Positions 6,946 to 12,636 of a stretch of 12,636 nt of DNA are shown here, in pieces. The position numbers and the translations under genes are program-made. Each line of letters opens with the position of its first letter. The stretch's first letter is position 1. The notes beneath the pieces were generated by a model. It made no database searches, was not told where the DNA came from, and saw nothing but the letters and a program-made list of their open reading frames with translations. The DNA comes from Limisphaerales bacterium (GTDB lineage Bacteria; Verrucomicrobiota; Verrucomicrobiia; Limisphaerales; JAJOIW01): positions 66,411-79,046 of the forward strand of contig CBFHOE010000001.1 in assembly GCA_965657355.1 (NCBI GenBank), read 5' to 3'.

Positions 6946-8100
6946 TTATTTCCAAAATAAGCCTTCATGCAATTCGCAAAGGATTTTATGCCCTGATTCG
7001 GTGACTTGAACCATATCTTCAACTCGAACTCCTCCTAATTTTGTAGAGTATAATCCTGGTTCTACGGTGAAGACTTCATTGGGTAATATTTTGCCTCCAC
7101 CATCATCCAATAATATTGGTTCATGGACATCCAGGCCAATTCCATGGCCAGTACCGTGTCTCATTGCTGGTATTGAGTTTTCGGTATTCGCCGAGCCGCG
7201 TCGGAAATCAAAGCCGTGATCGAAAAGTGTCTTGATTGTTTTTTTGTGAACGTTTTCACCAGTGGTCCCCGGGGCTAATTCCTCGCAACCAGCTTTTTTG
7301 GCACCTACGACAGCCTTATGCATTTTTAAAACAATATCATCTGGATCTCCATGAACAACAGTCCTGGTGCAATCACCGTTATAATGTGTTGTGTCATCCT
7401 TGGGAAAAATATCCACGATGATTGGTAAACCCGTTTTTAATGGCCCTGTGCCAAAGTGATGGCAATCAGCGACATGTGGAACTGTTGCGACGATGGAGCC
7501 GCTGGGTGTGCTGAAACCTTCATTTATAAGAAATTGAGTAATCTTTCTTTTAACGGATTCACTTGAAACTTGTTCTTGCCCCTGAAACAAAATGCCATCT
7601 TTATTCGCATTTGACGTTGCAATCCATTCGCACGCCATAGTCATTGCTTTGGCTGTCACCTCCTGGGCTTTCGTTAAATGCTCAATCTCTTGATTGGATT
7701 TCACCCTTCTTTCTATGGTTCCTAATTCAGGTGAATAGGCAATCTCAATGCCTCTTTGCTGGATATGCCAGGCGAAAATATAAGGAAGGCTTCGGTCGGA
7801 TTTTACTTTTTTTATACGATGCCTGACAAAACATTCGGCCACAGCCTGAGCTAATGCTGTATCCCTATCACCGGACAGTCCTCCCTCTGGAACATATTCC
7901 GCAGAGCACGTTATATTGTTGGCGGCTGCAGCGGCTCGAGCCCTACTCATCTCGATGTCCCGGACAAATAGAAGTGACTTACCGTCACCCTTTAAATTTC
8001 CAATCCATACAGCCGAGTCACCAATAGCGAATCGCATTTTGTGAAAAAGGGATTTGTTTGTGTAGGGAATTCCCCCAATTATTTCTGGTGTATGGTTCAT
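6946..8100 (-). CDS. Xaa-Pro aminopeptidase/dipeptidase, metallopeptidase family M24
   Basis: All five pita-bread-fold metal ligands are recognisable: IIVDIFP (D), YNGDCTRT (D), HGTGHGIGLDVHE (H), FTVEPGLY (E), GGVRVED (E). The RRVKSNQEIE motif is present. SD-like GAAAGGA lies upstream. No signal peptide. Confidence 0.93.
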   Translation of the reverse strand: MNHTPEIIGGIPYTNKSLFHKMRFAIGDSAVWIGNLKGDGKSLLFVRDIEMSRARAAAAANNITCSAEYVPEGGLSGDRDTALAQAVAECFVRHRIKKVKSDRSLPYIFAWHIQQRGIEIAYSPELGTIERRVKSNQEIEHLTKAQEVTAKAMTMACEWIATSNANKDGILFQGQEQVSSESVKRKITQFLINEGFSTPSGSIVATVPHVADCHHFGTGPLKTGLPIIVDIFPKDDTTHYNGDCTRTVVHGDPDDIVLKMHKAVVGAKKAGCEELAPGTTGENVHKKTIKTLFDHGFDFRRGSANTENSIPAMRHGTGHGIGLDVHEPILLDDGGGKILPNEVFTVEPGLYSTKLGGVRVEDMVQVTESGHKILCELHEGLFWK

Positions 8101-8164
8101 CGCAAGTAATTCCTTTCAGGTAATGATTTTATCCGGATATTCAAGGGCATTTTTATCTTATGTT

Positions 8165-8176
8165 CAATGGCCATTG
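8165..8176. promoter_or_regulatory. Perfect 12-bp palindrome upstream of the M24 peptidase gene (possible operator)
   Basis: CAATGGCCATTG is self-complementary and overlaps a minus-strand TTGCCA hexamer (8180-8175). Confidence 0.3.
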
Positions 8177-8219
8177 GCAAGATACAGTCCAGTCTGTCGT
8201 AAAATTTTAAATCCCAATT

Positions 8220-8233
8220 TTGACCTGATTCAA
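8220..8233. promoter_or_regulatory. FNR/CRP-family-like box in the divergent intergenic region
   Basis: TTGAC-CTGA-TTCAA matches the FNR consensus TTGAT-N4-ATCAA at 8/10 positions with the correct spacing. Confidence 0.3.
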
Positions 8234-8380
8234 TCGGTTTTTTGCGTTTGCCAAATTTGAGTAAAAAAATGGGCCTATTTTGAAGCTAGAACTCAAAACA
8301 ATTTTCTGTTTTTTTTATCTTTAATATTTTTGTTAAACTGCTCGTTTTTAATGGTTTAAGTAAGGAAAACACGCCTTTTC

Positions 8381-8396
8381 AAGGATACGTATTCTT
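8381..8396. promoter_or_regulatory. 16-bp near-perfect palindrome upstream of the haem-c protein gene
   Basis: AAGGATACGTATTCTT: 7 of 8 symmetric pairs are complementary. Confidence 0.3.
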
Positions 8397-8487
8397 TCGT
8401 AAATGTGATTTTAAAAAATACCTTTATTTAATCTATTAAAAGGTCACCAAATTTACCGAAAAGTATAAAGTAAAGGGTATTAAAGGG

Positions 8488-10875
8488 TTGAGAGGAACTC
8501 GAAGATCCCAAGTTGCTTTAGATGGTATGATAAATATTTCGGAATTCATTTCCAAGGTGCAGATTGCTGGACGACTGATGATCACGTCACTTGTTTGTAT
8601 TTCTGCGATGTCTTCTTCTGTTGTCACACAGGCCCAGGATGTCCTTACTACATGGACCAAGGTATCAGGTCCTGGGGATGTCATCTTTGAGAATGCATCG
8701 GACCCCAAAACTCGGGTGAAATTCTCACAAGCTGGAACCTATGTGCTGAGACTGACTGCCACGATTGGGCAGGAAATAAGCTCAGATGAAACGACTGTCA
8801 TTGTCACGGAGCCCGAAGCGGCGCCACCGAATGATGGTAACTCAGCGACAACTTCAGCTGATAGTATTATCTGGCCCATTGAGGTTATGGGGCCAAGTGG
8901 AACATCAGAATCAGTGTCCTTCAATATTCCCGATAATGTTAATACATCTCAATACACTAAGATTTGGTTCAAAACTCACAATATCACGTATGACAACAAA
9001 ATGAGTTTTAGCATCAATGGTGGAAGTTATATCTCTATTTCTAATGAAAATATAACGCTGAGAAAGATGGATCACATCGCAGGGGGTATAGGCGGTGGGC
9101 ACTCAACCTTGGCCTTTACCACAACAATCCCTGGCAACCTACTGCAACCTGGCGAAAATATAATCAATTTTCAATTTCAATCCAGGCCGGGCGAATCGAC
9201 CAGCGGCTACAGGATATTAAAATTCAATTTTTTGGATAATTTGAATGCTCAGCTCATCGACGATGTGGTGTTCGTCGAATCGGATCCATCGACGTGGGCC
9301 CCAATTCACTCCTCTGACGCCGACATAGCAGAAGGAAAACGTTTGTGGGAATCTGCTGGGCTGACTCATCCAGGATTTCCGGAGGGACATATTATCAGAG
9401 CCAAATGTGCTGACTGTCACTCTCGAGATGGTCGCGATCTCAAATACTTTAATTACTCAAACAAATCTATCGTCAAGCGGTCTCAGTTTCACGGATTAAC
9501 TCAGAAACAGGGTGAGCAAATCGCTAGTTATATTCGCTCTCTTTCCTTTTATGCATCGCCTAAAGCGCGCCCTTGGAACCCACCATATCAGCCAGGTGCT
9601 GGATTAGATTCCGAATCCATAAAAGACTGGTCTGCAGGAGCTGGGGAGACAGCTGTTCTGGATGATTTTGATGATATATACCCCTTTTTATTCCCAGAAG
9701 CGGTCGATGGAAATGGAAATGTCGATCCTAATTTAGTCACCGGCCAATCGTTATCCATTGATGGCATTGTTAATTTTCGCGAAATTCCAATCCCTTTCCA
9801 ACTTCCCGATTGGAATTCTTGGTTGCCTACAATTCACCCTATGGACTCTACTGGGGATTTCTTTTTGGAACATGAAGCTTTTACCCGGTATGAAAACCTG
9901 CGCAACCGGCCCTCTGGATACGTTTCTCACAACGAGTGGTATCTTTTTCAAAATGCTGTAAGTAATTACACAAAAATTGATAATTGGCCAAATTACCAAG
10001 CTGATGGTTCTCACAACTTAAATGCAAGCCCAAGACACTCTCGAGAAACCTACGATACCGCACTTTGGTCGATGGTGAAGTCTTGGGAGATAATGCAAAA
10101 CAACGAAATCGAAGATAAAGCCGGTGAGTATTACTCAAGTATTTCCTCGATCACAGAAGAAAGGGGATGGTTTACAAATATGGCCTTTTTCACCTCTCCA
10201 AACATGCTTGGACTTCCTCAAGAAAATCACGCATTACGGGATGGATCAAAGGTTACTCGTTTCTACTATTCATACATTTGGTACCACCTCCAAGGTATAC
10301 TTCATGCTGGGCAGGGAATAGGAAACCCAATCACTCCACTTGATTGGCCGTATGTATTCGGGTTTTTGGCAAATATGCCCTTCGGTATGGATAAAACAGT
10401 ACATTCTATAAAGCCGTCTCCCCTCACTTTTTTGTGGGTTTCCAAAATAAATCAGCTATCTAATAATAGAAAAAAACCTGCGGGAGGCTTTAATGATTCA
10501 CCTCAGCTTCACCTTTCTCAGCCTCAACCATTATTTGGTGGGCCTGGAATCGAGGATAGTTATTATAGCAATTACCCACTTCACAAAAAGTCTGTAGAAA
10601 TTGTTATCAATAATTGGTTGGATATGATTCAAAAGCATTCATCTGATGAATGGCAGTTAAATGACAAAGTAGCTCATAGTGCCCCATTCTCATATCCCGA
10701 AACACCAGCTCAGATAAATAATTTATATTATGATCGTAGCCAAGTTCTCTTTAACATCTTTTATGCCGGGCATAAGGTTAAGGAAATGGGATTTCCTTCT
10801 AGTCTACATCAAAGAATGAAATCGGTTCTCCAACCCATCTTCAGAAAACCAGGCATTCCCTGGGATCAGTTCTAG
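8488..10875 (+). CDS. Uncharacterised, probably exported multidomain protein with a PKD/Ig-like segment, a beta-sandwich region and a single c-type haem motif (true start may be ATG 8527 or ATG 8578)
   Basis: 795-codon ORF from a TTG. Signal-peptide-like stretch RLMITSLVCISAMSSSVVTQA|QD. PKD-like WTKVSGPGDVIFENASDPKTRVKFSQAGTYVLRLTA. Pro/Ser/Thr/Ala linker. CADCH at nt 9406-9420 is flanked by class-I cytochrome-c-like helices IAEGKRLW and GEQIASYIRSL. Confidence 0.8.
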   Translation: MRGTRRSQVALDGMINISEFISKVQIAGRLMITSLVCISAMSSSVVTQAQDVLTTWTKVSGPGDVIFENASDPKTRVKFSQAGTYVLRLTATIGQEISSDETTVIVTEPEAAPPNDGNSATTSADSIIWPIEVMGPSGTSESVSFNIPDNVNTSQYTKIWFKTHNITYDNKMSFSINGGSYISISNENITLRKMDHIAGGIGGGHSTLAFTTTIPGNLLQPGENIINFQFQSRPGESTSGYRILKFNFLDNLNAQLIDDVVFVESDPSTWAPIHSSDADIAEGKRLWESAGLTHPGFPEGHIIRAKCADCHSRDGRDLKYFNYSNKSIVKRSQFHGLTQKQGEQIASYIRSLSFYASPKARPWNPPYQPGAGLDSESIKDWSAGAGETAVLDDFDDIYPFLFPEAVDGNGNVDPNLVTGQSLSIDGIVNFREIPIPFQLPDWNSWLPTIHPMDSTGDFFLEHEAFTRYENLRNRPSGYVSHNEWYLFQNAVSNYTKIDNWPNYQADGSHNLNASPRHSRETYDTALWSMVKSWEIMQNNEIEDKAGEYYSSISSITEERGWFTNMAFFTSPNMLGLPQENHALRDGSKVTRFYYSYIWYHLQGILHAGQGIGNPITPLDWPYVFGFLANMPFGMDKTVHSIKPSPLTFLWVSKINQLSNNRKKPAGGFNDSPQLHLSQPQPLFGGPGIEDSYYSNYPLHKKSVEIVINNWLDMIQKHSSDEWQLNDKVAHSAPFSYPETPAQINNLYYDRSQVLFNIFYAGHKVKEMGFPSSLHQRMKSVLQPIFRKPGIPWDQF

Positions 10876-10890
10876 TCCGATCATTTTGTA

Positions 10891-10916
10891 AATTGACAAA
10901 GATTAATTTGGCAATT
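10891..10916. repeat. Inverted repeat with 10-bp arms between the haem-c gene and speA
   Basis: AATTGACAAA-GATTAA-TTTGGCAATT: the arms are 9/10 complementary. The left arm contains TTGACA. Confidence 0.6.
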
Positions 10917-10921
10917 GTTCG

Positions 10922-10948
10922 TTCAGGGGCGTATAAAAATCCTCTGAA
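10922..10948 (+). promoter_or_regulatory. Stem-loop immediately upstream of the speA start
   Basis: TTCAGGGG-CGTATAAAAAT-CCTCTGAA forms an 8-bp stem with one G-U pair. The loop contains TATAAA. It is followed by TTTAAAGG-ATG. Confidence 0.35.
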
Positions 10949-10956
10949 TTTAAAGG

Positions 10957-12636
10957 ATGACTGAAAAAACAGTTGCTGAAGAACGAAATTGGTCGGTTGA
11001 AGACGCTCGTCAGCTTTACCAGATTGACTTATGGGGGCAGGGATACTTTGACATCTCCGAAGATGGTGAATTAATCGCTTCCCCAATAGGAAGCCACGGT
11101 CCAAAGATTAAGCTCAATAACATAGTGAGCGAGATCAAGAGGCGTGGACACAAATTCCCAGCCATAATCCGTTTCCAAGATATTCTAAGGTCTAGGGTTG
11201 TCCAAATAAACGAAGCATTCAAAAAGTCCATTTCCGAATACGGCTACAATGGCATTTACAGAGGCGTTTTCCCGATCAAGGTCAATCAGCTCAGGGAGGT
11301 CGTAGAAGAAATTATTGATGCCGGTAAGCCGTATAATTTTGGTTTAGAGGCCGGTAGTAAGCCGGAGTTGTATGCCGCATTGACCCTTCAGGAAGGTACC
11401 GATGAATTGCTCATTTGTAATGGTTACAAAGACAGCGGATACATCCGGTCGGCTTTGATGGGAATCAAACTCGGAAAAAAAATTATCCTCGTTGTTGAAA
11501 AATTAGAGGAACTCCAAAACATCATCTCTGCAGCCCGACAATTAAATGTCGAGCCATCTATTGGTATTCGTGCTCGTTTAGATTGCAAAGGAACTGGAAG
11601 GTGGTGGCAAAGCTCAGGCGATAATGCTAAGTTTGGACTGAGTACTATCGAGCTGCTTGAAGCTACGAATATCCTCAAGAGGGAATGTATGGCTTCTTCT
11701 CTTAAACTTCTTCATTTTCATTTGGGTTCCCAGCTCACGGATATTCAGATAATCAAGAAAGCTGTTCGAGAGGCAACCAGGGTATATTGTAAATTAGTTC
11801 AAATGGACTTTCCTATTACAATGATTGATGTCGGAGGGGGGTTAGGAGTGGATTATGACGGTACCCGAAGTCTGACAAACAGCTCGATAAACTACACCGT
11901 TCAGGAATATGCCAATGATGTTGTTGACCAAATTCAAATTGTATGTGATGAGGAAAAAGTTGAGCATCCAGACATAGTCAGTGAGAGTGGACGAGCTATA
12001 GCTGCGCATCATAGTGTTTTAGTCATGGAAGCATTTGGTTCCATCGAAAAAACTGGACATTCATCAATGTTTGAATTCGGAGACAATGAGCATCGACTCG
12101 TCTCGAATCTACTCGAAATCCGCAAATCTAATAATAACAGCAGACTAGAAAATTTTCATGATGCTTTGGCTTCTAAAGAAGAGGCACAAAACCTTTTTTC
12201 AGTCGGTCTTTTGGATCTTGAAACAAAAGCTAAGATCGAATCCTTATTCTGGGATGTGAGCCAAAAGATGGTTAAATCATATCAAAATAATGATTTAATC
12301 CCTGAGGAGATTCAACTCCTTGAAGATTCACTTGGAGATCAAATTCTATGTAACTTCTCGGTGTTTCAGAGTCTTATTGATCACTGGGCTTTGAATCAGC
12401 TTTTCCCCATCATGCCGATCGTGGATCTTAATATTAAGCCAGACAAAGACGCCACACTTGCTGATATTACCTGCGATAGTGACGGTAAAATTAATAAATT
12501 CATTGGATTTCAGGACGAAAAGGACACGCTTTCCATTCACGGCTTAAAGCCACATTTGAACTCTGGCAAACCCTATCACTTGGGTGTGTTCATGGTGGGG
12601 GCATACCAAGATATTATGGGAGATCTCCATAATCTC
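10957..12636 (+). CDS. speA: Biosynthetic arginine decarboxylase (PLP-dependent, fold type III), 3'-truncated by the window edge
   Basis: Translated by hand, frame 1, 560 codons with no stop: MTEKTVAEERNWSVEDARQLYQIDLWGQGYFDI...; FPIKVNQ (PLP Lys108, nt 11278-11280), GLEAGSKPEL, ICNGYKD, SSGDNAKFGL, LLHFHLGSQ, DVGGGLGVDYDG, SESGRAIAAHHS, NFSVFQSLIDHW, DITCDSDG, GAYQDIMGDLHNL. Confidence 0.97.
   Translation, partial: MTEKTVAEERNWSVEDARQLYQIDLWGQGYFDISEDGELIASPIGSHGPKIKLNNIVSEIKRRGHKFPAIIRFQDILRSRVVQINEAFKKSISEYGYNGIYRGVFPIKVNQLREVVEEIIDAGKPYNFGLEAGSKPELYAALTLQEGTDELLICNGYKDSGYIRSALMGIKLGKKIILVVEKLEELQNIISAARQLNVEPSIGIRARLDCKGTGRWWQSSGDNAKFGLSTIELLEATNILKRECMASSLKLLHFHLGSQLTDIQIIKKAVREATRVYCKLVQMDFPITMIDVGGGLGVDYDGTRSLTNSSINYTVQEYANDVVDQIQIVCDEEKVEHPDIVSESGRAIAAHHSVLVMEAFGSIEKTGHSSMFEFGDNEHRLVSNLLEIRKSNNNSRLENFHDALASKEEAQNLFSVGLLDLETKAKIESLFWDVSQKMVKSYQNNDLIPEEIQLLEDSLGDQILCNFSVFQSLIDHWALNQLFPIMPIVDLNIKPDKDATLADITCDSDGKINKFIGFQDEKDTLSIHGLKPHLNSGKPYHLGVFMVGAYQDIMGDLHNL

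Noticed and set aside
8401..8422. CRP-like site AAATGTGA
   Set aside because: Only the left half-site is present; there is no TCACA at the required spacing.
8436..8708. 90-aa minus-strand ORF overlapping the start of the haem-c gene
   Set aside because: Antisense shadow of the signal peptide and PKD-like segment, with no independent evidence.
7..10321. Remaining 60-96-aa ORFs nested in or antisense to the long genes
   Set aside because: Expected by chance inside long coding regions; none shows motifs or convincing translation signals.
10893..10898. Perfect TTGACA as the speA -35
   Set aside because: No acceptable -10 hexamer lies 16-18 nt downstream (the sequence reads TTGTTCGT); it is better explained as one arm of the inverted repeat.
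10841..12540. Short minus-strand ORFs (10841-11104, 11016-11231, 11424-11678, 12346-12540)
   Set aside because: All overlap speA on the opposite strand, and speA has unambiguous family motifs.
787..12636. Whole window as one biosynthetic cluster (NRPS, sulfatase, peptidase, cytochrome and SpeA supplying agmatine)
   Set aside because: The genes lie in three differently oriented blocks, the sulfatase seems to have its own promoter, and speA and M24 peptidases are common housekeeping genes. Only conserved synteny across genomes could support a link, and that cannot be seen here.
1..12636. tRNA, rRNA, CRISPR array, IS or integrase
   Set aside because: Intergenic gaps are short (12-387 bp) and show no cloverleaf, repeat-spacer periodicity or terminal inverted repeats, and no ORF has transposase or integrase motifs.

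Overview
AT-rich bacterial window with six protein-coding genes, two cut by the window edges. In order: (1) the 3' end of a helical-repeat (TPR-like) protein; (2) a 1485-aa stand-alone NRPS-like protein with architecture formyltransferase-like / partial condensation-like / adenylation / PCP / thioesterase-like; (3) a convergent, exported Cys-type formylglycine sulfatase; (4) an M24 Xaa-Pro metallopeptidase; (5) a divergent, probably exported ~770-795-aa protein of unknown function with a PKD/Ig-like segment, a beta-sandwich region, one CxxCH haem-c motif and a large aromatic-rich C-terminal region; (6) biosynthetic arginine decarboxylase speA, which is missing from the ORF track because it runs off the right edge. 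The two best candidates for undescribed biology are the NRPS and the haem-c protein. In the NRPS only the A and PCP domains keep their catalytic motifs, which suggests an aminoacyl-carrier or transfer device rather than a peptide synthetase. The haem-c protein is an orphan multidomain monohaem protein. The intergenic DNA carries several readable motifs, including a probable leaderless promoter for the sulfatase with a 15-bp direct repeat upstream of it. No RNA genes, CRISPR arrays or mobile elements were seen. The gene content would fit a PVC-superphylum (Verrucomicrobia/Planctomycetes-like) organism, but that is only an impression. All motif alignments were done by eye, with no database searches.
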